Positions 39,067 to 55,300 of a stretch of 64,000 bases of DNA are shown here, piece after piece. Under the pieces are notes generated by a model that made no database searches, was not told the DNA's origin, and saw only the letters and a list, made by a program, of their open reading frames with translations. The position numbers were made by a program, and so were the translations under genes. Source of the DNA: Eledone cirrhosa (taxonomy: Eukaryota); the NCBI GenBank assembly GCA_964016885.1, contig OZ024742.1, forward strand, positions 22,816,001 to 22,880,000. Reading direction: 5' to 3'. The stretch's first letter is position 1. Every line of letters begins with the position of its first letter.

Positions 39067-41405
39067 GCATATACAGACACATACATATGTACATATGTAT
39101 ATACATATTTACACATTTTTGGATGGCCGTTGAGTCTTATGAGTTCTTCCGCCCTTTGTTAGGTTTTGATTTTTGTCCTGCAGGGTGTCCAAAATCACCC
39201 TCCTCACCCAGTAAACTTGGTGAAATGCCAGTTTAGTTGCCGATGACCCGATCATGCGACAGGTTGTACTGGTTTACATGATACCAGTAGCACTCAAGAG
39301 TGACCTGACAAGTATATATATCATATATAACGAAGGAAGTGTGGTAAGGAACCAGAAGGACCATAACACACCAGAGAACTCGATACTTAGGGTAGTAGAG
39401 TGGGTAATAGGAAAAGGTTTAACCCCGACGGCAGAGTTCAAGCTGTTTCGACTACCACCATCACCATCACCAACGCTACGATCACAATCACTACCACCAA
39501 TACCACTAACACCACAATCACCACCGCTACCATCGCCAACACTACTATCACCACCACCACTACCATCAACACCACCACCACCACCACCACCATCACTAAC
39601 GGAACTGGACCCAATGCTACCATCACCAATATCACTAACACCACCATCACCAACAATACCATTAATGTCACCACCACCACCACTACCATCACCACCACCA
39701 CCATCACTACAACCAATACCGCTAACAAAACCACCACTAACACCATCATCACTACCACCACCATCACCACCACCACTCTTACCATCACCACCACCAACAT
39801 CACCACCACCACCACCACCACCACCACCACCACCACTCTTACCATCACCACCACCAACATCACCACCACCACCACCACCACCACCACCACCAACATCACC
39901 ACCACCCCTATCGCACTCTAAATCCCATTCTTCTACCACTACATATAAAGTCTTTATATTTATACACCTGCACTGAATTTACATAATTTCAAAAACAAAA
40001 ATATTCTAAATTCTTCCAAAACATTTTGACATTTCCTTCCTAGAAAGCTGACCAACACGACATATATACATTTAAGTGCAAACAACTTGCAGAAATATGG
40101 AAATGACGTTTGCTTTGCTTCCCTGTGTAGCTGTCTCTTTCGTTTCAGATTGTCGTTAATTCCAAACATAGAGTTTATGTGGTGTGGTAAATATATATAT
40201 ATACATATATACCACACCCGAACACGATGGAACCAAACTCACACTCTCACCTCTCCCGTCTCTTCCGCTCTCCCCATCTCTCAGAATTGGCAGTATCGGT
40301 AGAGGGTTGGACGCCATGTTTTCTAACATAGTTACGTCCCTTTACGGTCTGAGTTCAAATCCCGCCGAGGTTAACTTTGCCTTTCATCCTTACGGGGTCG
40401 ATAAAATAAAGTACCAGTAATGTGTAATTGCTGGCCTTCATGAGTAAAAACGGGGCCACACTCCTACCACTAAGCCACACACCTCTAAAGTCGAGTTTTG
40501 ACGTAGATCGATTAATCTGTTCCCAAAATTTCAGACGTTTTGCCTCTTTTAGAAAACAGAAAAAAATATATATATTTATATTTTGGTTACCTCTGGCGGT
40601 ATAATGACGGTGGATTGGCAGTATCGGTAGAGGGTCGGACGGCATGCGTTCAAATCCCGCCGAGGTTAACTTTGCCTTTCATCCTTACACTGGGATAATT
40701 GCTGGCCTTGTGCCAAAAGTAAAAAACAATTATTATGTCATGTTGTTCCAATCGCGTCGAGGTCAAATTTCTATTTCATTCTTCAACTAGCAGTAGCAGC
40801 AGCAGCAGCAGCAGCAGCAGCAGAGGAGTGATGTGATGGCGGAGATCGTGGTGGAGGTGGTGTTAGTAGTAGAAGTAGTAGTGTTGTCAGTGGTGGTGGT
40901 TGTGGTGGTAGTAGGAGTAGCAGCAGCAGTAGCAGCAGAGGAGTGGTGTGATGGTGGAGGTCGTGGTGGAGGTGATGTTAGTAGTAGAAGTAGTAGAAAT
41001 AGTAGTAGTAGTGTTGTCAGTGGTGGTGGTTGTGGTGGTAGTAGGAGTAGTAGTAGCAGCAGCAACAGCAGCAGTAGTAGTAGTAGCAGTAGTAGTTGTT
41101 TTAGTAGTAGTAGCAGTAGTAGTAGCAGTAGTAGTAGCAGTAGTAGTTATTGTAGCAGCAGTAGCAGTAGTAGTAGTAGCAGTAGTAGTAGTTGTAGTAG
41201 TAGTAGTAGTAGTAGTAGTAGCAGCAGCAGTAGTAGTGGTAGTAGTAGTAGTACTAGTAGTAGTAGTAGTAGTAGTAGTAGCAGTAGTAGTAATAGCAGC
41301 AGCAGGAGTAGTAGTAGTAGTAGCTGTAGCAGTAGTAGTAGTAGCAGCAGCAGCAGTTGTAGGAGTAGTAGTAGTAGTAGTAGTACCAGCATAAGCAGCA
41401 GTAGC

Positions 41406-41455
<50 letters not shown>

Positions 41456-43668
41456 CAGCAGCAGTAGCAGCAGCAGTTGTAGTAGAAGTAGTAGTAGCAG
41501 TAGCAGCAGTAGTAGTAGTAGTAGCAGTAGTAGCAGCAGTAGCAGCAGCAGCAGAGCAGCAGTAGTAGTAGCAGTAGTAGCAGCAGCAGTAGTAGTAGTA
41601 GAAGTAGTAGTAGCAGTAGCATTAGCAGCAGCAGCAGCAGCAGATTATTCGGTAATAGAATCATTTATAAAAAAAACATAAAAGGGATTGCAGCATTCAG
41701 CTTCGTCGTTTTATTATATATTTTGTTGTCTTCAAATATATACAGCGATCAGTTTAATCACCTGTTGTATATTGGTAAGCCCCTGTATCAAGATGACAAA
41801 TAGGTTTTACGTCACTCCTCAGGTAGAATTTGCTATATTTCATAAAAGAGTATTGCAGGTGTTGCTATTGTGATACAATTGCTGTTGTTATTGTTGTTCT
41901 TGTTACTGCTTTTGTTTTACTAGTAAAATGAATTAGATAAAGCCATTTGTCATAAGACAATAGCGTTTAGATGCATGTTTCATGATACAAAGAGACATGA
42001 AAATCTACCTCGGCCTTGGAACGGTTTTGTGGGTGTAAGGACGTCAGTCTATACTCAAGCGGAGGTGCGTGGCCTAGTGGTAAGTGTGTTGAACGTATGA
42101 TCATAATGATGGGGGATTGATTCCTGGACTAGGTTGTGTGTTGTGTTCTTGAGCAAAACACTTCCTTTAACGTTGCTCAAGTATATTCAGTTGAAAATGA
42201 ATACCAGCAATAGCTGGGGGTTTAAACCTGCGATGGACTGGCGTCCTGTCCAGGGGGTGAGGCTTGTACTCAAAGTAACTTAACGTCACTTAGACGGGGA
42301 TAAGCACCAGCCTGATAAGCTACAGAGCTCGAGACAAATTCGAGACTTTTTTAGTACTTGAGCGAACGTTATCTTATGAACTACAGAAGCATAAAAGGCG
42401 AAGTTATCCTCGGTGAGTTTCGAACTCAGAACCTAAAGAAGCGCAGAAATTTCTCGAAAGTCTTTTGTCCAACACACAAATGATACTGCCAAATGAAAAT
42501 AATTGTTTCTACTATTAGCACAAGGCCAGCAATTACTTTATTTTATCGACCCCGTAAGGATGAAAGGCAAAGTTAACCTCGGCGGGATTTGAACTCAGAA
42601 TGGCAAGGGCCGTAACTCTATGCGTCAACATCAAAGCATGGTGTCCGACCCTCTACCGATACTGCCAATTCACCATGAAAATAATGGTTTCCGATCTAAG
42701 TAGAAAGTCAACGATTTGGGGAAAGGGAAAGTCAATTAAATCGACCCTAATACGTTACTGGTACTCTATTTTATAGATTCCATAAGGATCAAAGGCAAAG
42801 CTAACCACAGTGGAATTTGAACTCAGAACGTAAGCGGCCGTAACTCTATGCCGTCAAGGCACGTTATCAGATGTTCTACCGACACTACCAATCCACCGCC
42901 CTAAACATGTGCATACCAATATTTTCTGATTTAGGTACGAAGCAAACAATTTTGGAGGCGGGGAAATCGATTAAATCGACCCCAGTTCGTTACTAGTACT
43001 TTATCTCATAAATCACGTAAGGATGAAAGGCAAAGCTAACCTTGGTTGGATTTGAACTCAGACCCTAAAGAACCGTAGCAATTACTGGAATGTATGATAT
43101 CCGACAAGCTAATGATTCTGGCAAATAAAAAAAATACTACAAAGACAGTTTTAATTATCTGAAGAAAATTGCTGTATTGTTCATAGAATTCTATGTATGG
43201 TTTCAGAATAACGATTTCTGATTATCTGAAATATTGGCTTGTCAAATGTTTCTATTAATGTTACAGTCATTTGAAGATGTCTGAAAATCTATTGGTTAAT
43301 TCTAGAAAACGAAGATAAATTCTTTTAATTTTCAATTAATATTTACTTTATATTCAATAGTGTAGACAAAACGGTATTTCGTACCTATCAAACGTATTCT
43401 ATTCTTCATAACGTATTTCTCATCAGTGTATTGACACAGTGTCCTCTTTTAATGACTATCTTATATTTGATCAGGTCTCCTTCTCTAATTATACATTTAA
43501 ACATTGAACCTTTGTGTTCTAATTTCCTGTTTTTAAAAGGCTAGAGTGGCTCTTCCATATTCTAGTTAGTTGCTTCAGTGACAAGAAACAGCTTGACATT
43601 ATCATCATTCTCATCACCATCATCATTATCTATGTATCTATGTATTAATATATATTTGTGTGTATGTA

Positions 43669-43724
<56 letters not shown>

Positions 43725-43967
43725 GGAAAAAGTATGACCCCGACGGCAGAGCTCAAGCCGTTTCGACGGCTATTTCTGTCCAGAAATAGCCGTTGAAACG
43801 GCTTGAGCTCTGCCATCGGGGTCATACTGTTTCCTATTTCCACTCTACTACCCTAAGTATTGAGTACTCTGGTGCGTTATGGTCCATCTGGTTCCTTACC
43901 ACAATTCCTTTGTTATATATATATATATATATATGTATGTATATATATTATACATTCATATATACAT

Positions 43968-44034
<67 letters not shown>

Positions 44035-44054
44035 TACATATATATGTATATATA

Positions 44055-44114
<60 letters not shown>

Positions 44115-44404
44115 TAACAGATTAAAGTTTAAGCAAAGAATCGCTGCTTTCACCCTTAACTGGATCTTCTGAAACTAACAAAGTCAATCTGTAAACGCAG
44201 AAGTGGATATTTCAAAATTTTTTGCTTAAACTTTAATCTGTTATTCTAATAAATATTTGCTCTACGGTTCTTATATATTTGATATATATTTATCCTTATC
44301 GGGCCCTCTTTGGATTTTAGTCTTCAAATTTATTATTATTACTATATATATATATATATATATATGTGTATGTATATATATATTGATAAATCTATCTATC
44401 ATTA

Positions 44405-44435
<31 letters not shown>

Positions 44436-44710
44436 GTGTGTGTGTGTGAAGGCGGGGGGCTGTATGTAAATATCTAAAAATGGCCTGCTGTTAAAGATCA
44501 GAAGGGAACCGCAAGCAAAATAATGTAAAAAAAATTAATGGCAGGTAGAGAAAGTACTGTGTTTTGTCCATTGAAAGGGGTCTTTTACGGGGCTAGTTCT
44601 GTTTCATTCTTTAGAGAGATCACGCGGAAGCACAATTTTATTCCCCGCTGAAGCAGAATTAAGTTTAAGTCTTTTCAGAATGAAATTCACACTAACTCAT
44701 ATATATATAT

Positions 44711-45476
44711 ATATCAACTAGAAATAGATTGACATATATATATATTTAAAATAAACACATGAAACAATCACAGGGGATAATTTGTAAAGTGTGTAACCAC
44801 ACACAGGTAGGTAACTAATTAAAGTTTAACTAGAACTTCAAATATTACCTTTTAAAAATGATTAATCTTCCTTGCATATATTTCATTAAAGTGGATATGG
44901 CGCATGTCTCGGACATGGCTCCATTAATTTAATTTAATTTTGGATATATACACGGCCCCTTAATTGTAGAGCTAACTCAGTTGAAAGGACTCGGCTGCTA
45001 TTTCTAGCTGTCGATAACCCTATTCACGCCACTGGGATGACGCTGGCACGATGTGTGTAGTTTTAAAAATGCAACACGTGCGACAGGTCATTCGTAGATT
45101 TGCATTTGATGTGTAAACAGATAGTTAAATCTTCTCCCCTGCTGAAGATACGGTTTTGACTACTGTGACTTTACGGATTAATGGTGAAATATATTTCTTT
45201 AATGAAATATATACAAGGAAGATTAATCATTTTTAAAAGGTAATATTTGAAGTTCTAGTTAAACTTTAATTAGTTACCTACCTAGCTGTGTGTGGTTACA
45301 CACTTTACAAATTATCCCCTGTGATTGTTTCATGTGTTTATTTTAAATATATATATATGCCAATCAATTTCTAGTTGATATAAGATGCACGGATCTATTC
45401 ATTGGAATCTTTGAGCTTATTCTACGGTGGATATGGCTCTTGTCTCGAACATGACTCCAGTAATTTAATTTAATTT

Positions 45477-45480
<4 letters not shown>
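44711..45480 (+). mobile_element. Non-coding 536-nt terminally redundant HHR unit (44891-45480) with an inverted 5' piece (44711-44890)
   Basis: GTGGATATGG recurs at 44891 and 45427. 44711-44890 is the reverse complement of about 45198-45381. Confidence 0.85.
45128..45224 (+). ncRNA. Putative type I hammerhead ribozyme with long stem II
   Basis: AAUCUUCucCCcUG-CUGAAGA-(55 nt)-GAAAUauAUA|CAaGGAAGAUU. Helix I is bulged and stem III is palindromic. Confidence 0.6.
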
Positions 45481-45549
<69 letters not shown>

Positions 45550-45670
45550 AAATTAGAATTGGTGCTCTGAAATAGGTATATATATATGAATGTATATATA
45601 GTGTATTTTGCAATACACTGTATGCTTAATTAAAAGCATTTCGAAGACCTTATGCTATTGTTTTAGAGTA

Positions 45671-45715
<45 letters not shown>

Positions 45716-45835
45716 AATTCCATTTGTCGCAACACTGATTCTCTTTTTTTCTGTGATACCATACTCTGTTCTATGAGAGCATCGAGTGCTCATACAGCCT
45801 ACTGCATACGGACGCTTTAAGCATCCAACACCAAT

Positions 45836-45871
<36 letters not shown>

Positions 45872-46523
45872 TATATGGTATGTATATATATATATATATT
45901 TATATATATATACACACACACACATATATATATGTGTGTGTCTGTGTGAGTGTGTCTCTGTTTATGTGTGTGTGTGTGTGTGTGTGTGCCTGTGTGTGTA
46001 TAGACAAAGCTAAACCTAAAATGCTGTGCTTTCCAATTTTCCTATATTTGTATTATTACTTCCGCCATACAACTCGTGGCACTCATGTCATAATACTTAA
46101 CTTCAAATATAGAATAAATAGCAGAATTTTCAAATCCGAAAATGTACATGAACTTTCCATTGAATTTGAAAAGAACCTCAATCGACCATGGTTTACTTAT
46201 GGGATTTGTGATGTTATGAAGAAATATGTTTAAAGTAGCTACATTTAGATGGCTAATTCGGAAACTGTGCTTCTCTTGATTTCAAGATAATAATTTGTAA
46301 TGAAGAATTTTGATTCGTCATTTGGACGAGAAGAGGGTTCTATGTTATAGTGACAGCTATTCCAGTAGTTCAATGACAATAATAATAACAACAACTACAT
46401 TAGAGATGGAGTGATATTTTATAAAAAGAAATTATAAAATGATTTCAACATATGGTATGAGACATTAATAACATGTAACTGATAATACAAAACATACAAC
46501 AATGAAGTATATTCACCAATGAA

Positions 46524-46570
<47 letters not shown>

Positions 46571-46833
46571 AAAAAGTATGACCACGACGGCAGAGCTCAA
46601 GCCGTTTCGACAGCTATTTCCAGAAATAGCCGTCGAAACGGCTTGAGCTCTGCCGTCGGGGTCATACTTTTTCCTATTTACCACTCTACTATCCTAAGTA
46701 TTAAGTACTCTGGTGCGTTATGGTCCATCTGGTTCCTTGCCACAATTCCTTTGTTATATATATATATATATATAGTCGCATATATGTTATAGAATGCTGT
46801 TAGCTTCTCGCTAAAACAATCTCTATACCTCTC

Positions 46834-47547
<714 letters not shown>

Positions 47548-47793
47548 TATATATATATATATATAAGCAGATGTTTGTGTATTTGTATGTCAGTGTATAA
47601 TGCCAATGAGGGATTGAGAGGGGAGAGAAAGAAGCAGAGAGGCAAAGTGAGGATGTGGCTCTTTACTTCTCCTCCTCCATCTACTCATTCGCCACTACGT
47701 TTTTCAATAGAGGGAGAAATGTAAATAGTGCGAGTGTGTGAGTTAGTTAGTTAGTGAGAGAGAGGGAGAGAGAGAGAGAGAGGGGGGAGAGGG

Positions 47794-47854
<61 letters not shown>

Positions 47855-48349
47855 AACAGACAGACTAAAAGAGAGGAAGTGTTACAGAGGGTGAGAGAAA
47901 CACAGAATGAGGAAAAGAAAAAGAGAAGAGAGAAAGAAACACAGAGAGAGAACATGTTTCTATAGAAGTTGAAAGAGAGGGGGATAGCGAGAGAGAGAGA
48001 GAGACTCTGTGTCTGATACTGTATGTATATGTGTTAGGGTAGATACATGTGTGCGTGGTGTGTCGGGAAATAAGAGGCGAAGGTAAGCAATAACTATTAA
48101 CATGTGTGCATGTACGTGCATGCGTGTGTGCGTGCGTTTGTGTGTATGTGTGTGTGTGTGTGCGTGTGGGTGAATGTGTGTGTGTGTGTTCGTGCAACGA
48201 TCCACAATCGCCATTTATTTCAAACATACTTTCACTCACTTTTTCAATTAATCCTCATTTTATTTTTTTTTAAAGTTCCCGAGAAAAATCTTTCCACTCT
48301 CTACAAAAGGAGACGGGTTAGATGATAGATGATTAGTATTCAACAGTGA

Positions 48350-49440
48350 AGCAAAGACCAGTACAGGTATCCAGAGCAAGGTCACTAGAGAGCCCTGCAT
48401 CAACGCCAGCAAGCACATGAAAACGACCAGAGGAGGGCTGATGCACGCAGGGCCAATGAGTCACAAGAGACAAAGGAAAAACGGTTAGAACAATTACGTC
48501 AACGAAATACAATCAGCAGGAGCCAAGAGTCAAACAGGCGAAGAGAAAAACGTTTAAAGATCCAAGACAAAGATAAACTGTCAGAGTTGCCAATGGTACA
48601 ATAGGCCAGGGAGAGATTAGACAAAGAAAAAGCCAGGAGCAAACAGTTGCTGCAAGGCTTCGCCAATCCTCAGAGGAAAGTCGTAAGCGTTTTGATGAAG
48701 ATAGACTGAATACGTTTGTCAAAAGCGTCGCACCTTTCAAGGGGACTTGATCCAAAGCATGATTATTGTACAGAGAAATTGATTTCTTGTTGTGGAGGAA
48801 CGGTGGTTTTACCGACGTTTGGTACGCCACCAGAAACTCTGAAGGCATTGCTTTTGGGAAACACATCAAGGAGCATAGACGTCTAAAAAAAACATTAGGA
48901 ATTATCATTCTGCTTTCCAAATGACCTCCTTTGGTAGCAATATTATAAGACGTGGATTGGCAGTATCAGTAGAGGATCAGACGCCATGCTTTGCAGCAAG
49001 AGTTACGGCCCTTTATGGTCTGAGTTCAAATCCCGCCGAGGTTAACTTAGCCTTTCATCCTTACAGGGTCGATAAAATAAAGTACCAATCACACACTGGG
49101 GTCGATTTAATCGATTTTCCCTCCCCCAAAGTTTCTGGCCATGTGTCTATATAAGAAACCAATGTTATAAGAGAAAGGAATATGAAGCCACCGTTTAAGG
49201 TTCAAGGTCAAGTATACCATCAGTAATGAAGGAGCATTGGCTGCTGATAACATTGGACAGCTTTGTGTCATTCTTCCATCAAGCTTTACAGGAAGTCTAC
49301 AGCATATGCATAAGCGTACCCAAGATACATTTACATATGTCAAACACTATGCTCCCCAGACCTCTTCATTGCATTCACATGTAACCCAATATGGCGTGAA
49401 ATAATGATCGCCATGATATTATAGCCAGGGTGTTTAGTCA
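48350..49440 (+). mobile_element. Decayed, internally deleted Helitron (N-terminal repeats plus start of the Rep domain), interrupted by a SINE at 48952-49165
   Basis: RANESQETKEKRLEQ-type repeats, NIRNYHSAFQMTSFG, FKVQGQVYH, LPSSFTGSLQHM, PDLFIAFTCNPIWREI and DRHDIIARVF. Confidence 0.85.
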
Positions 49441-49799
49441 TGTGTCAATTTAAAACTGCAACTTAAAATAAAGTGTCCTGTTCAAGTGCACAACATGCCA
49501 CGAGGAATCGAACTCATAGCTTTATGATCCTGAGCTGAATACATTAAAGTTTAAGCAACGCATCTTCACAGCGTTAAGGCTACTCTCCAAGATAATACAT
49601 TCGTTTTGATATGATTACGAGCAGTGTTTGAGTTAGACCTTGGAGCGCCAGGGGCACTTCATCTTTAGGGGTCCCTCATGCAAAAAAAAAAATAAATAAA
49701 TAAATAGAATACACAGCAAACCTCTCAACTTACATACCACAGTTAGTTTGGCACAAGTAATTGGAATTGATAAGTTATACATAAAGGTATTAAATTTGA

Positions 49800-50845
<1,046 letters not shown>

Positions 50846-53800
50846 TATATATATATATACATACGTACATGGATATAGATACATGCATTAAGATGACAAG
50901 GAGAGAAAGCTATTTTGAAATAACAATGTTGAATGCGTTAACATTTAAGAATACTCTGTACTTGCTATCTAACAATACAAACTTAAAGTTCAAAACATGG
51001 GGCTAATTAAAGATGTTCTATGCTTGCACTTTTGCTTTGAATTATTGACAATTCTTTGGAACTTCAAAGCATTATTCAAAGACTTATCAGTTATTGTAAT
51101 CCTCGTTTCTATTCTACCTGTGCTCCACAGATTTCTATAGAATTTATGAATTATAAATCGGTTTAAGATTACAACGAAATAAGTTGTTGGGGCAGAGATA
51201 GACGATGTGACGTTTTTACCTATTTCAAACTAAAGATTGCTTTATGGAATATCGAAGTATCCCCTTTATTTAATCAACGAAAAGTGAAATTGTTCGCCTT
51301 ACGTTGTCGCTATCAAGGGTGGTGGATTGGCAAAGTCGTTAGAGCGTCGGACAATATGATCTGAAGCATAGAGTTACTTCCCTTTCCGTTCTGAGTACAC
51401 ATACCACGAATTTTGACTTTTCCTTTCATCCTTACGGGATCGATAATATAAAGTACCAGTAACGTACTGGGGTCGATTTAATCAATTCTCCTATCTCACA
51501 AAATTGTTGGCCTTATACTTAAATCAAAAACTTTTCTGTTATCCAAACAACGGGCGATGGATTGGCAGTATTGGTAGAGCGTTGGACACGATGCTTTGCA
51601 GCATAGAGTTACGTCCCTTTGCGTTCTGATTTCAGGTGAGCTTTACCATTCCTCCTTACGGGTCTATAAAATATAGAACCAATAACGCATTGGGGTCGTT
51701 TTAATTGATACTCTCCACCCCAAATTGTTGGTCTTGTGCCTAAATTAGAAACTCTTATTCATTGTTACCATTGTGGATGTCAGTTTGGCAGAAAACTGTT
51801 TTGAAGTATTCTCAGTTCAAATCGCGCCGAGGTTAACTTTACCTTCCGTGTTAATACGATAAGGAAATAGTAAAGTACTAGAGATTATATAATATACTTT
51901 CCCGTTCTCTTCATATTACGAACCGTTTATTTAATGATCCGTGTGTGATAACGCTTCTATATTTGGCTTGAATCAGGGTTTAAATACATTGACGCAGGCA
52001 TTGAAATAATACATTAAACACGTGACACTTAATCAACTGATATTCACTATACCATTATCACGTAGGATTGTTAGGCGATAGTGCTACGTGAACACGCATG
52101 GCTTTGTTGTTAGAGCATTGGGCTTGCAATTCAGAGGTTGTGAGTTCGATCCTCGGACCGGGCTGTGTGTTGTTTTCTTGAACAATACAGTTTATTTCAC
52201 GTTGTTCCAGTTCACTCAGCTGTAGAAATGATTTGCGACGTGACTAGAACCAAGCTGTTTCAGCCATTGCCATTCGCTTGGACAACATATCCCTTTACAG
52301 GTCTAAACACAACCGATTTTTACTCCCCATCCTCCTCCTTCTTCTACTTACATTAAGAGATATTCTTCGGTATAACCTAAACAACATTTGTTGTGTTAGT
52401 TCTACGTCGGTTCCGACGACGAGTTTTCCAGTTGTGTGATCAACAGAACAACCAGCTCGAAACTTAAGGTGTAAGTGGCAGAACATTCCACAGACCGTAT
52501 AACCTTAGCCTGAGTCACAGGAAGATTTAGAGTGACACAAAATATGAGAAGGTCTATCCTTTCAATTACAGTTAGAAATTATTTATACCAGCTGAATGGC
52601 CTGGAGTCGAAGTTATGACCTTCAAAAAATATTTTTGACAAGCTTTGAAGGAGCGGTTGAGTACTCTGCACCCATGACCTTCTCTGGAATAAGTGACAGA
52701 AGAAGAAGAAGAAGAAGAAGAGCGGAAGAGGGAAAGAATAACAGGAAAAATGACAGAGAAGAACGCTTTATAAACACACTAGACAATGTTACTGTACAGC
52801 AATAGTATCAGCTTTAAAACAGGATTCCTTCATCTGGCTGACATTTTCAGAAACTTAAAATCATGATGAACTTGCACAATTTTCTTTCATAAAACGTTAT
52901 TTATCGAATACTTTCTTTTGTTTCTCTTTTTCATTGGTGTTATTTGCGATATTATATTTAACTTGCAAGATGTAAGAAACATTGGATGTGAAGAAAAGCC
53001 CTGATAAAATTAAGTCCAATTTAATTTAAGTCACGTCTGATAAATTAATTAGGAGCCTGAAAGGAGATAAAAAAATACAAAAACACACTAATATAATTTA
53101 AAAAAAAGATGTTTATGATCTGCACTCGACGTTAATTTAACTTGATAACGTATTAAACTTATAAAACAGTGAAGATCCGTACACAAAATACTGTTAGACA
53201 GCAACTAATGGTTCCACGAAATACCGTTCTCCCTTGATGTACAAGATATTTTAATAATTTGATATTCTAAGTGTTATTAACTTGTTATAAAAATAAGCTA
53301 CGATGGAATGCCCGCGGCATATGTTCATCACCACCACCACCAACACCACCACCATCATAATAATCATGATCCGTATCATCACAGTCATCATCATCAACCC
53401 CATGTCCACTGGATTGGTAAAGTAGTCAGACAGGTGGGAAAAAAATTGACTTGAAGAATCCATTTGAGCCATCTTAGATTTTAATTCAAATAACGCTGGT
53501 ACCAACTTTACTTGTTTCTTTTTACAGTTGATGAATCTAATCTAATCTGCCCGAGTTTACACTCGCAAATAAGAAGAACCAGGGCCACCCATAAGAGCAT
53601 TGTATTTTGATGTCATATTTGTTTCGGTTGCTGAATACAATCAGGGTCGCTGCTTCTCCTGAAGGTCAATAGTTCTCTTCTACCCCGAGCGGGAGCGCCT
53701 TTCTATTGTCAATTTGCATTGATCATCTGTAAAGCCGCATTGTTCTCAGAACCACTACACCAGTCTTTTGATGCGTGCAGCTGGAACTACTGCCACCTAT

Positions 53801-54861
53801 TGATTTTTCAGGATCGCAACTCATTTCTACAGCCGAGTAAACTGGAGCAACGTGAAATAAAGTGTCTTGTTCAAAGACACAACACATCATGTGGTCCGAG
53901 AATCGAACTCACAACCTTTCGATTACAAGCCTAATGCTCTAATCACTAAGCCACGCGCCTTCAGTTGATGAAATAAACTAACAATGAAATACTAAGGTAG
54001 ATTTGCCCCCCCACCCCTCCAATTTCCAGCGTTGTGCCTATTTTATAATACATCCTCATTATTTATTTAGTAACTCTTATATAAATTCGACATAATTTTG
54101 CTTATATAAATGGGAAATCAGAATTCAAGAAAATTCAATACTATAATGAAGATGTATATATTAGGTCTGAAAATAAAGGAATCAAACTCCTATTGTCTCT
54201 GCCTCCGTCTCTCTCTCGTTCTCCCCACCTCTCACTATATTATTTAGAGAACGAGAGTTTATTCAGAGCTCCACGACAAAATTATTTTTTACATGATTAC
54301 CAAATGAACATATGTTTTCTGTTTGTGTTTTACTAATGTGGAAGACTTTCGGTTTGTTTATCCAACCACCCAACGTAAAGGAAATGTTTGTTTCTATTAA
54401 TTCTTATCTGTTTAGAAATATATTTGAAAATAGTAATTTGCAATATAGACAATCATAGAAAGTTGGACATCTCAGAACTAACAATTAGCGATGCTCTTAA
54501 TGGTTTCCGATTTAGGAAGAAGGCCAACAAACTTCGAGGAAGGGAACAATTAATAGAATCAACTCCAATATATTACTGGTACTTTATTTTAACGATTCCG
54601 TAAGGATGAAAGCAAACCTAACCACAGCGGGTTTTGAACTCAGAATGTAAAGGGATGTAACTCTATGTCGTGAAGCATGATATCCGACTCTCTGGTTATA
54701 CCGCCAATCCACCACTCTAGATATGCTTTTAGTATTTAGTAGTTTTAATAGAAGAAGTCCCATGGTCGTGAACAAACGCCCGCAAATTAATTGAAATCTA
54801 AAAACAGTATTAAAAACTACAGTGAAACAAATCAAATTCAAAGACAGCTTCAAGCAAATTT

Positions 54862-55300
54862 CTTGCAGTGTTACAAGATTTGTGTCATCAAGGCTTGTAA
54901 GAGTTATGTTACAAAGCATTGTAAAATTTGTGTCACAAAGTCTTGTAAGAGTTGTGTGAAAAAGGCTGGAAAGAGATGTGTTACAAAGGCTGGTAACATT
55001 TCTGTCACAAAGGTTTGTAAGAGTTGTGTGACAAAGGCTGGTAATAGTTCTGTAATAAAGGTTGGTAAGAGTTGTGACACAACGTCTTGTATGAGTTGTG
55101 TCACAAAGGTTGGTAAGAGTTGTGTCACAAAGCCTGGTAAGAATTATGTCACAAAGCCTGGTAAGAATTATGTCACAAATTCTGGTAAGAATTCTGTCAC
55201 AAAGTCTGGTAAGAGTTGTGTCACAAAGGCTGGTAAGAGTTGTGTCACACAGTCTTGTAAGAGTTGTGTCACAAAGTCTTGTAAGAGTTGTGTCACAAAG
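54862..55300 (+). repeat. 24-bp minisatellite (GTAAGAGTTGTGTCACAAAGNCTN)n, about 18 copies
   Basis: Read directly; it translates as KSCVTKAG repeats. Confidence 0.93.

Noticed and set aside
44997-45009. GCTATTTCTAGCT matches the reverse complement of part of the Cas9 sgRNA scaffold
   Set aside because: It is only a 13-nt match to a synthetic junction, with no CRISPR array or cas gene. Coincidental.
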